Of a DNA stretch of 61,390 nucleotides, positions 36,738-45,309 are shown piece after piece. Origin of the DNA: Candidatus Nomurabacteria bacterium (GTDB lineage: Bacteria; Patescibacteriota; Minisyncoccia; Phycocordibacterales; UBA9973). The notes under the pieces were generated by a model. The model was not told the DNA's origin and searched no databases. It was given only the letters and a program-made list of their open reading frames with translations. A program made the position numbers and the translations under genes. Each line of letters starts with the position of its first letter. Within the stretch, counting starts at the first letter, position 1. Location: the NCBI GenBank assembly GCA_943359475.1, contig CALRHK010000002.1, positions 1 to 61,390 on the forward strand. Direction: 5' to 3'.

Positions 36738-38477
36738 ATGAATCATTTATTTAACACGTTCATTTCGTTTCTCGCCCTTATGGGGCTTAGTACACCTCCT
36801 CCAACTTCTGACGTACTCAATCAAACAACAAAAACAACACTTACTCAAACAGTAACTCAAACAACAGATAGTGTGTTACGAACTGCACTTACTGCGACCG
36901 TATCATTGTCGCTTAATGGTATCACTGTACAGGCACTTGAAGAGCAGGGTACTATGGCTGAAAGTTCGAGTGCAGAGTGGTGGCTCAATTCTGGTGCATA
37001 CTATATCGATAATGGTGATGGTACATATGGAACAATACAGGGTGAATTAACTCAAAATGATCCATGGAGGGTTTTGTACGCAAATGATAATCCTATTGAT
37101 ACTGATAATGGGTATCATCCACAAAATATTTTTCGTTTGGTAAGTCGTCCTACGTATGAGAATTACCAACAAGAAGCATATTTTAAAATTACCAAACAAA
37201 ACTTGAGTGCTTCAACTGAGCGTGACGCATGGAGCGGATTGCTTCTCTTTAATCGCTATAAAGATGGAAACAATTTGTACTACGCAGGAATCCGGGCGGA
37301 TGGTACAGCAGTAATCAAATCTAAGAAAAATGGTAGTTATACTACGATGACTCAGAATACAGTATTTCCGGGTACCTACAATCGTTCGACAAACCCAAAT
37401 TTACTACCACAGAATACATGGATTGGTTTGCGCACACGTGTGCAAACCAATAGTGATGGCTCTGTAACAGTTACGCTATATATGGATAATGGCAAGACTG
37501 GCACCTGGACTCAAATCGCTACTGCGACTGATAGAGTGAACCCAATAGTAGGGGCACAATCAGTTGGTATACGAACAGATTTTATGGACGTACTCCTTTC
37601 AGACTTCTCTGCAAAGGAATTTGATACCACGCCTCCTGTTGGGCCCGCAACAGTTAATCTCCTTTCAAAGACCGATACACAGATACGAATTTCTTGGACA
37701 CCTGCAACTGATAATATTGGAGTTGCTGGCTACAATATCTATCGAGATGGAATATTTATTGATTCGACGCAAACAGCAACAAGTTATACTGCAAGCAAAT
37801 TGAATCCAAATACACAATATACGTTTACTGTAAAAGCACGTGATGCGGCAGGGAATCTATCCCTCGGTAGCTCAGTATTAACAGTAAGTACATTACCATC
37901 GGTAGATACTACGGCACCGATTATTTCTGGAGTAACAGCAAATCTGATCACCCAAACCACTGCAAATATTGTGTGGTTAACAAACGAAGGTGCAGACGGC
38001 AAGGTTGAGTATGGTATGACGAATAATTACGATGGCAGTGTTAATACAACACTTTACACCACAGCACACACACTTCCATTGACTGGACTTGCAGCTGGAA
38101 CAACCTACCACTATAGAGTCATCTCGAAAGATCTTGCTGGAAATAGTACAACGAGTAACGATACAACCTTTACAACGTTACCACTAATCAGTGGTCCTGA
38201 TAGTACACCACCTTCTGCGCCAACAAACCTTCAAGCAACTTCAAGTACAAGTACAAAAATACGAATTTCTTGGACAGCTGCGACTGATAATGTAGGAGTA
38301 GTCGGTTACAATATCTATAAAAATGGAATGTTCGTTGATTCAACTCGAACTGCAACCAGCTTTAGTGCAAATAATCTAAGATCAAATACACAATATACGT
38401 TTACTGTAAAAGCACGCGATGCGGCAGGGAATCTTTCACCGGCAAGCAATAGTTTAACTGTATCAACCCCTCGATAA
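36738..38477 (+). CDS. Secreted LamG/concanavalin-like domain protein with three FN3 domains
   Basis: N-terminal signal. Lectin-like core: WSGLLLFNRYKDGNNLYYAGIRADG...WIGLRTRV. FN3 units carry IRISWTPATDNIGVAGYNIY and IRISWTAATDNVGVVGYNIY. Confidence 0.7.
   Translation: MNHLFNTFISFLALMGLSTPPPTSDVLNQTTKTTLTQTVTQTTDSVLRTALTATVSLSLNGITVQALEEQGTMAESSSAEWWLNSGAYYIDNGDGTYGTIQGELTQNDPWRVLYANDNPIDTDNGYHPQNIFRLVSRPTYENYQQEAYFKITKQNLSASTERDAWSGLLLFNRYKDGNNLYYAGIRADGTAVIKSKKNGSYTTMTQNTVFPGTYNRSTNPNLLPQNTWIGLRTRVQTNSDGSVTVTLYMDNGKTGTWTQIATATDRVNPIVGAQSVGIRTDFMDVLLSDFSAKEFDTTPPVGPATVNLLSKTDTQIRISWTPATDNIGVAGYNIYRDGIFIDSTQTATSYTASKLNPNTQYTFTVKARDAAGNLSLGSSVLTVSTLPSVDTTAPIISGVTANLITQTTANIVWLTNEGADGKVEYGMTNNYDGSVNTTLYTTAHTLPLTGLAAGTTYHYRVISKDLAGNSTTSNDTTFTTLPLISGPDSTPPSAPTNLQATSSTSTKIRISWTAATDNVGVVGYNIYKNGMFVDSTRTATSFSANNLRSNTQYTFTVKARDAAGNLSPASNSLTVSTPR
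37807..37858 (+). repeat. Intragenic near-identical 52-nt repeat, copy 1
   Basis: CAAATACACAATATACGTTTACTGTAAAAGCACGTGATGCGGCAGGGAATCT, one mismatch versus 38383-38434. Confidence 0.9.
38383..38434 (+). repeat. Intragenic near-identical 52-nt repeat, copy 2
   Basis: Same sequence as copy 1 with a single T to C change. It lies in the third FN3 unit of the same gene. Confidence 0.9.
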
Positions 38478-38553
38478 TCTAAAAAAAGAGAACCCACACT
38501 ACAAGTGGGTTGACTTGCCATTAGTATAATTTTGTTGTAATATTTGACCACAC

Positions 38554-41500
38554 ATGAAAGAAAAAAATAAAAAGATAACTTTTCTTGGAGGGCTGACCGT
38601 GCTTGTCTTTGCACTCCTATTCCAGGTAGTCCATAAAGTGGATGCACTTTCGGTTAACCTCGTCCCAAATCCTTCACTCGAAAATGCTTCATCAAATCCA
38701 GCTATTCCTCAAGCTTGGCAAAAGGGTGGTACTGGCGCAAATACGAGGATACTTACGTATCCAGTCGCGGGCTACGACGGTGCAAAAGCTGCAAAGACTG
38801 AAATTACTACCTACTCTGATGGTGATGCAAAGTGGTATTTTCAACAGGTGCCAGTAAGTGGTGGGGAGACTTATGAGTTTAAGGATATGTATACTTCTAC
38901 TACGACAAGCTATGTCACCCTGCGCTATACACTTTCTGATGGTTCATATAAGTATCCTGATCTTGAGCGTAATATTAGTGCACAATCAGCGTGGACACCA
39001 TTTCAGAAAACTTTTACCATCCCAACAAACTACAATTTACCGGTAAGTTATGTGACAGTGTTCCATTTGATTAAATCAGTCGGCACTCTAACAGTAGATG
39101 CATACTCACTTACAAAGATTGATACTACTCCGCCGATTGTTTTTGTTTCAGTACCACTAGCACAGCCTGTATCAGGTACTGTCGTACTGACAGCAAATGC
39201 ATCTGATGAAAATGGCATAGCAAGTGTACAGTTTTTAGTTGATGGTGTTGCGATTGGTGTACCACTTGTTGGGGAACCATATACAGTACCACTTGATACA
39301 ACAACTCTTACTAATGGTACACACAGTATTTCTGCACGTGCGCTCGATACTTCAAATAATCTTGGACAAAGCGTTGTTGCGACATTACAAGTGCAGAATA
39401 CAATAGTACCAACTACAGGCACGATTATTTTCAAAACACACGTAGTCAATAATGATGTAGGAACAGCAACAGCAAATACATTCACGGGACATCTTACGTC
39501 CAGTGCAGTTGAAATTGCAGGAAGTCCCTTTTCTGGTACAGAAGAAGGGGTAAGTTTTATTGTGACGCCAGGAGAATACGTATTTTCCCAAGATACGGTA
39601 ATAGGATATCAAACAGGTATCTTTTCTGGTGACTGTAATGCATCAGGTGCACTTGTAATTGCGGCAGGTGAAATTAAAAACTGCCTAATCACAAATGATG
39701 ATACACCACTTCCTACTGGAACAATTACAGTTACAAATGTAATTGTGAATGATAATGGTGCTACAAAGACAATTTTAGATTTTCCACTTTTTATTAATAA
39801 CGATAATGTTACAAGTGGTGTTAGTACTACTGTTTCTGTTGGTAACTATATTGTTTCTGAAATTACTGACCCAAACTATACTCGTACCATCTCAGGAGAT
39901 TGTGATCAAAACGGTCTTGTGGTTGTAAATGCTGGTGATCATAAGTTCTGTACAATTACTAATGATGATATTGCAGCTGTGCCTCCGATCACTACCCCGA
40001 ATTTAATTGCAAACTATTCATTTGAAACTACGGGAACGAACGGTTTACCACAATCGTGGCAGAAGGGTGGTAGTGGCGCAAATACAAGAACGCTCTCGTA
40101 TCCAGTCGCTGGCTATGATGGTGTAAAAGCTGCAAAAACACAAATTAGTTCGTACACATCAGGTGACGCAAAGTGGTATTTTGCCTATGTCCCAGCGCAG
40201 TCTGGACAGCAGTTTCTCTTCTCAGATTTCTACACAGCTACCACACCAAGTTATGTGACAATGCAGTATCAACTCCAAGATGGTACCTTCAAATATCAAG
40301 ATATCCTTACAAATCTTCCTGCGCAGGGTACATGGATGCAAGCAACGCAAAGTTTTGTGGTTCCAACATATAGTCAGCCAGTTATTGCAATGACTGCATT
40401 TCACCTCATTAAGTCGGTCGGAGTACTGACAGTAGATAATTATTCTCTACAGCAGATTATGCCCCCTTCACCAACTGATCCGACAAACCTCATTATAAAT
40501 CCTTCTGTTGAAACAATTTCAGTGGCGAACAATAGTCTTCCGTATGGATGGAATAAATCTGTTTCTTCGGGAACAACGGCTACGTTCTCTTATGGCACCC
40601 CATCACAAGATGGCACAAAGTCAGTAACAGTAAATGCGAGTTCGTATACAAGTGGCGCGGGTGCTAAGTGGTATTTTCAAGAAGTAAATGTTCTTCCTGG
40701 TGAAGAGTATCGTTTTACTGATTTTTATACTTCAACGACACAAAGTTTTGTGACAGTACAATTTAGGCTTGCAGATGGTACGTATCAATATACTGACCTT
40801 ATGCGACTTACACCTTCAGCAACATGGAAACAAGCACAGGATACATTCGTAGTTCCTGCAAATGCGCTCGCACTTACTGTCCTGCATGGTATAAAAAGTG
40901 TTGGTAGTCTCACGACTGATACCTACTCGCTTCGTAAACTTACCAATGGCACTTTTGCACACGGAATGGTCTCATTAAACTTTGACGACGGTCTCAGTAG
41001 TGTGTATCAAAATGCAATTCCAATTCTTGATGCGCACAATCTAAAAAGTAGTCAATATATAATCACACACAATTTTACAGACCAGCCAAACTACATTACT
41101 GTTGCACAAATGCTTGCGATGAATGCTGCTGGCCACGAAATTGGTTCTCATACACAAACGCACCCTTATCTTACCCAAATTACAACCCTACAAGCACAAA
41201 ATGAGATTGTAAACTCAAAAGGTGAACTTGCTGCGCTTGGTGTTACTCCCAACAATGTATTTGTTTATCCGTATGGAGATTATAATGATGTAATCCGACA
41301 GATGGTTATCGATGCTGGTTATGTTGGCGCACGATCAGTCCATACTGGTTACAATACAAAAAATTCAGATAAATTCGCACTTCGTGATCAACACGTAGAA
41401 TCAAATACTACCTTTGAGCAAATACGTGGATATATAGATACGGCAATGGCAACAAATACGTGGCTTATTCTTGAATTTCACGATACTAATAATTTAGGTG

Positions 41501-41607
41501 ATCAATATAGTAATACCCCAGAACTTATGACCCAAGTTGCAAATTATTTAGTTGCACAAAGTGTGCCTGTAGTTACTACCGCAGAAGGGATTGCACTCAT
41601 GAATTAG
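38554..41607 (+). CDS. Secreted protein: 3x CBM-like modules + Ig-like domain + 2x prealbumin-like domains + C-terminal CE4 polysaccharide deacetylase
   Basis: 1017 aa with a signal peptide. Three repeats carry WQKGG(T/S)GANTR.L.YPVAGYDG.KAAKT...GDAKWYF...HLIKSVG.LTVD. The Ig-like segment is VSGTVVLTANASDENGIASVQFLVDG. The C-terminus has VSLNFDDGLSSVY...GSHTQTHP (NodB motifs). Confidence 0.75.
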   Translation: MKEKNKKITFLGGLTVLVFALLFQVVHKVDALSVNLVPNPSLENASSNPAIPQAWQKGGTGANTRILTYPVAGYDGAKAAKTEITTYSDGDAKWYFQQVPVSGGETYEFKDMYTSTTTSYVTLRYTLSDGSYKYPDLERNISAQSAWTPFQKTFTIPTNYNLPVSYVTVFHLIKSVGTLTVDAYSLTKIDTTPPIVFVSVPLAQPVSGTVVLTANASDENGIASVQFLVDGVAIGVPLVGEPYTVPLDTTTLTNGTHSISARALDTSNNLGQSVVATLQVQNTIVPTTGTIIFKTHVVNNDVGTATANTFTGHLTSSAVEIAGSPFSGTEEGVSFIVTPGEYVFSQDTVIGYQTGIFSGDCNASGALVIAAGEIKNCLITNDDTPLPTGTITVTNVIVNDNGATKTILDFPLFINNDNVTSGVSTTVSVGNYIVSEITDPNYTRTISGDCDQNGLVVVNAGDHKFCTITNDDIAAVPPITTPNLIANYSFETTGTNGLPQSWQKGGSGANTRTLSYPVAGYDGVKAAKTQISSYTSGDAKWYFAYVPAQSGQQFLFSDFYTATTPSYVTMQYQLQDGTFKYQDILTNLPAQGTWMQATQSFVVPTYSQPVIAMTAFHLIKSVGVLTVDNYSLQQIMPPSPTDPTNLIINPSVETISVANNSLPYGWNKSVSSGTTATFSYGTPSQDGTKSVTVNASSYTSGAGAKWYFQEVNVLPGEEYRFTDFYTSTTQSFVTVQFRLADGTYQYTDLMRLTPSATWKQAQDTFVVPANALALTVLHGIKSVGSLTTDTYSLRKLTNGTFAHGMVSLNFDDGLSSVYQNAIPILDAHNLKSSQYIITHNFTDQPNYITVAQMLAMNAAGHEIGSHTQTHPYLTQITTLQAQNEIVNSKGELAALGVTPNNVFVYPYGDYNDVIRQMVIDAGYVGARSVHTGYNTKNSDKFALRDQHVESNTTFEQIRGYIDTAMATNTWLILEFHDTNNLGDQYSNTPELMTQVANYLVAQSVPVVTTAEGIALMN

Positions 41608-41647
41608 TGTTTGTGCGCAAGTATGCTGAATATGATACGCTAGGTGC

Positions 41648-42481
41648 GTGACTGACACTACGTTCAAAAAAACCATATACACTTATTTCCAAAAGCATGG
41701 AAGGAAATTGCCTTGGCGGCCTCATTTGACGCTCAAGGGGAAATATAACCCTTACCATGTTTTAGTTTCAGAGTGTATGCTCCAGCAAACTCAGGTGGAG
41801 CGTGTGATACCAAAGTACAAAGCATTTTTAAAAAAATATCCAACACTACAAAAAGTAGCTCTCGCCGACGAGATTGAGGTACTTCGCCTTTGGCAGGGAC
41901 TTGGCTATAATCGCAGAGCACGAAATTTATTGCGTACTGCGATTGTAATAAAAAATGAATATAAAGGTACCTTTCCACAAGAGTACGGGGAACTTTTGCG
42001 ATTACCTGGCATTGGTCCGTATACTGCAAGTGCGTTGCAGGTTTTTGCGTTCAATAAACCCGTAGTACTTATAGAGACTAATATTCGCGCAGTATTTCTT
42101 GATTGCTTTTTTGAAGGAAAAAAGAAAGTGGCCGATGCGCAACTCCTACCTCATATTGAAAGAACGATAGACCGACTTAATCCCCGAAAGTGGTACAGTG
42201 CGCTAATGGACTATGGGGCAATGTTAAAACGCACAAAAAGCAATCCTTCCCGTAGAAGCACCCACCATGTAAAACAAAAGCCATTTGTAGGATCGGTGCG
42301 TTTTGCTCGGGGACGTATTCTCAAGGAGCTGTTAAAAAGTACACACAATCAATATCAAATTAATGATTTGAAACAAATCGTCAACGTTTCAAATCAACAT
42401 TTTACGCAGGCACTTAAGGGACTTACGAAAGAACACTTTATTAAAGTAAAAAATAAGACAGTATCACTAATGAAAAGTTGA
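41648..42481 (+). CDS. MutY/EndoIII-family HhH-GPD DNA glycosylase lacking the Fe-S cluster cysteines
   Basis: GTG start. Motifs: SECMLQQTQVERVIPKY, GLGYNRRARNL and LPGIGPYTASA. No Cys occurs after MDYGAML, where MutY and Nth carry Cx6Cx2Cx5C. Confidence 0.7.
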   Translation: MTDTTFKKTIYTYFQKHGRKLPWRPHLTLKGKYNPYHVLVSECMLQQTQVERVIPKYKAFLKKYPTLQKVALADEIEVLRLWQGLGYNRRARNLLRTAIVIKNEYKGTFPQEYGELLRLPGIGPYTASALQVFAFNKPVVLIETNIRAVFLDCFFEGKKKVADAQLLPHIERTIDRLNPRKWYSALMDYGAMLKRTKSNPSRRSTHHVKQKPFVGSVRFARGRILKELLKSTHNQYQINDLKQIVNVSNQHFTQALKGLTKEHFIKVKNKTVSLMKS

Positions 42482-42532
42482 CAACAAAAATATATTTTTT
42501 TTAAAATAGTAAAATAATTTTATTTATTTTGT

Positions 42533-43789
42533 ATGAAAATTGATCCAACTACAAAAAAAATATTCATAGTCTCAATTAGTACGTCGGTAGCTAGTATTCT
42601 CATTTGTGTAGGGCTTATTTTAAATTATAAGGGTCTTATTTATCGCACTTTTACTGAAGGATATTTACAACAAGCACAAGACAAAGGAAATACTACAGAC
42701 TCAAATAAGGATGTCGTGACACTTGCCACTCAGCAATCGCTAGTTGTTGGTGCGGTAAAAAAGGCAAATCCTGCTGTAGTCTCAGTTATTATCACAAAAG
42801 ATGTTCCCAAGTATGAAACGTACTACGAAAACATTGATCCCTTTGGTGATTTTTTTAACTCGAACCCTTTCGGTAATTTATTCCAAGTACCTCAGATGAA
42901 GCAAAATGGGACGGAAAAGAAGGAAGTAGGCGGGGGTTCTGGTTTTCTTGTAACAAAAGATGGACTCATTATCACCAATCGACATGTAGTTGAAGATACT
43001 AAGGCAGAGTATACTGTCTTTACTAATGATGGCAAGAAGCATTCAGCGAAGGTCGTGGCACGTGATGCAGTTATGGATATTGCAGTTCTCAAGATAGATG
43101 GTGCCCAATATCCATATCTCGAGCTTGGAAATTCTGACACACTTGATCTCGGACAAAGCGTCATTGCGATTGGTAATGCACTTGGTGAATTTAAAAATTC
43201 TGTTTCGGTTGGTGTTATTTCTGGACTCTCTCGCTCAATTACCGCAGGGAATGGTATGGGGCAATCAGAAGCTCTTGAACACGTGATTCAAACTGACGCT
43301 GCTATTAATCCAGGAAATTCTGGCGGACCCCTCGTTGATCTTGGAGGTAGGGTTATTGGTGTAAATGTTGCAGTCGCACAAGGTTCAGAAAATATTGGAT
43401 TTGCATTACCGATAAATAGTATTAAAAGTGTCATTGACTCAGTTCGAACAACAGGCAAAATAGTCAGACCATATTTAGGAGTTCGCTATGTCTCAATTAC
43501 GGATTCTTTAAAAGAAAAAAATAACCTTTCAGTCAACTATGGGGTACTGGTAAAAGCGGGTAGTGACTCAAATGAACTCGCTGTGGTTCCGGGGAGCCCT
43601 GCAGACAAAGCAGGAATAGTTGAAAATGATATTATCCTTGAAATTGATGGGATAAAACTTGATGAAAATACAAGTTTGGCAAATAGTATTCGATCAAGAA
43701 AGATAGGAGAGACCATTTCGCTCAAAATTCTTCATCGTGGTGAAGAAAAAACAGTAACAGTAAAGCTCGAAGCTGCTCCAAACGAGTAA
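42533..43789 (+). CDS. htrA: HtrA/DegP-family serine protease with one PDZ domain
   Basis: N-terminal TM. Catalytic motifs TNRHVV, DIAVLK and GNSGGPLVD. A C-terminal PDZ is present (GSPADKAGIVENDIILEIDG). Confidence 0.9.
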   Translation: MKIDPTTKKIFIVSISTSVASILICVGLILNYKGLIYRTFTEGYLQQAQDKGNTTDSNKDVVTLATQQSLVVGAVKKANPAVVSVIITKDVPKYETYYENIDPFGDFFNSNPFGNLFQVPQMKQNGTEKKEVGGGSGFLVTKDGLIITNRHVVEDTKAEYTVFTNDGKKHSAKVVARDAVMDIAVLKIDGAQYPYLELGNSDTLDLGQSVIAIGNALGEFKNSVSVGVISGLSRSITAGNGMGQSEALEHVIQTDAAINPGNSGGPLVDLGGRVIGVNVAVAQGSENIGFALPINSIKSVIDSVRTTGKIVRPYLGVRYVSITDSLKEKNNLSVNYGVLVKAGSDSNELAVVPGSPADKAGIVENDIILEIDGIKLDENTSLANSIRSRKIGETISLKILHRGEEKTVTVKLEAAPNE

Positions 43790-43889
43790 CAAGAACACGT
43801 AGTGATGTGATTTTCTATTGACTTTCTCGTACGATAGTATAAAGTTGTTCGAGAGTTTATATTGTTGTTCACCAAAAACAAAAAAAGAA

Positions 43890-44552
43890 ATGATGCAATT
43901 CTTCCCCGAAACAAACACAAAAGTGGGTGAGGTATACAACCCCACCGTCAATTTTTTAAGCCCGCAATTACTTGGGAGATATCATTGTCACGAAAAAGAA
44001 ATTCGTGAAATGGTTGCAACTTTTGCACACACGCCTGTACGTTACCAGCCACTCAAAGATGAGTACCGACGGTTGTTGGAGGGGTATCATAAACCAACTA
44101 TTGCACCAATTCATGCAAAAGATGAAGTGCTCCCAGTTGAAAACATTAAAGAAAAAATACTTGAAATTTCCCGCACAGAACAACTTGTGCCGTACCTTGT
44201 ATCGCTCGAACCTGAAGTTGATTACCAGCATGCAATACATGATGGGTATACACGATCACTCACAATCAGTGAAGTAAAGGGTCGACTTAATGGGCGTGTC
44301 CCCCAGGTTGCAGGAATGTATCATTTGATGGCACTCCAAATGGCGCTACGAGAGGCTCGTGGACAGGAGTTGCGGTATTTTTTAAATCACCGTTTTGTGC
44401 TTGCCCCCGCGATGACCTATTGCAAAAACCTTACGACGAGAAAATATTTTCCGATTCTGGAAATTAGCAGAGATGAAGATCATACGATTCGTCATCGGCA
44501 AATCCATGAGGGTGTGGTTCCCAAAAACGCAGCGTTGCTCATCCTGATCTGA
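43890..44552 (+). CDS. Hypothetical protein
   Basis: 220-aa ORF. Start chosen at the first ATG (43890) rather than TTG 43818. No recognisable motif. Ends in a TGA stop. Confidence 0.4.
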   Translation: MMQFFPETNTKVGEVYNPTVNFLSPQLLGRYHCHEKEIREMVATFAHTPVRYQPLKDEYRRLLEGYHKPTIAPIHAKDEVLPVENIKEKILEISRTEQLVPYLVSLEPEVDYQHAIHDGYTRSLTISEVKGRLNGRVPQVAGMYHLMALQMALREARGQELRYFLNHRFVLAPAMTYCKNLTTRKYFPILEISRDEDHTIRHRQIHEGVVPKNAALLILI

Positions 44553-44559
44553 TGAGTTC

Positions 44560-44588
44560 AAAAAGCTTTCCGAAAGGAAAGTTTTTTT
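44560..44588. terminator. Bidirectional intrinsic terminator
   Basis: A-run, CTTTCC-GAAA-GGAAAG, then a T7 run. It lies between convergent genes. Confidence 0.75.
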
Positions 44589-45309
44589 ATTGGATACCTA
44601 GGGTTGCGAGGAAGGGTACAAGATCCTCATTTGCAATTGGTGCAAGGGCGCCTTCTTTTAGATTTCCAATCACCAGATTCATTATGCGAATACGTTCGAG
44701 TGTTACGACATGAAAACCAACTACTTCACACATACGTCGGATTTGTCTATTTTTACCCTCAGTAATGATTATCGTAAATTGTTTTGGTCCATTTTTTTTA
44801 ACGTGCGCGGGTCGAGTAAGAGTACCATCACCAAGTCGTACACCTTTTGCAAGCTTGGCCATCATTTTAGGAGTAATTTCTTTATTGACGGTGACTTTGT
44901 ATTCTTTTTCATGATAAAAACGTGGATTAAGTAATTTGTCAGTTACACGACCATCGTTGGTTAAAATGATTAGTCCACTTGAATCTTTATCCAAACGACC
45001 GACAGGGAAGAGCTTCGGTATTTTCTCTGACTTACTTTTTGTAAGTACGCTCACGATGTCTTTGGTATTTTTTTCTGGATGGGTGGTAATTCCGCGGGGC
45101 TTGTTATAGACAAAATAACTATACTTTTTAGCTGGTCTATTTTGTATTTCAACGGTGTCACTATTTGTAACTTTTTGTCCAAGAACTGCTTTTTTGCCAT
45201 TTATGAGTACATTGCCTGCCGAAATAAGCACGTCTGCTTCTTTGCGTGTAGCGAGGCCTTTCTCAGAGAGATAGCGATTAATTCGTATGGGGTCGTTACT
45301 TGGTGTCAT
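44587..45309 (-). CDS. Pseudouridine synthase, RsuA/RluB family (S4 + catalytic domain)
   Basis: S4 domain RINRYLSEKGLATRKEADVLISAG and catalytic motif VGRLDKDSSGLIILTNDG. Confidence 0.88.
   Translation of the reverse strand: MTPSNDPIRINRYLSEKGLATRKEADVLISAGNVLINGKKAVLGQKVTNSDTVEIQNRPAKKYSYFVYNKPRGITTHPEKNTKDIVSVLTKSKSEKIPKLFPVGRLDKDSSGLIILTNDGRVTDKLLNPRFYHEKEYKVTVNKEITPKMMAKLAKGVRLGDGTLTRPAHVKKNGPKQFTIIITEGKNRQIRRMCEVVGFHVVTLERIRIMNLVIGNLKEGALAPIANEDLVPFLATLGIQ

Noticed and set aside
36738-41607. Repetitive DNA considered as CRISPR array or DGR template/variable repeat pair
   Set aside because: The repeats are in-frame protein-domain duplications (FN3, CBM-like) of irregular length and spacing. 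Their differences are not adenine-specific. No reverse transcriptase or cas gene occurs in the window.
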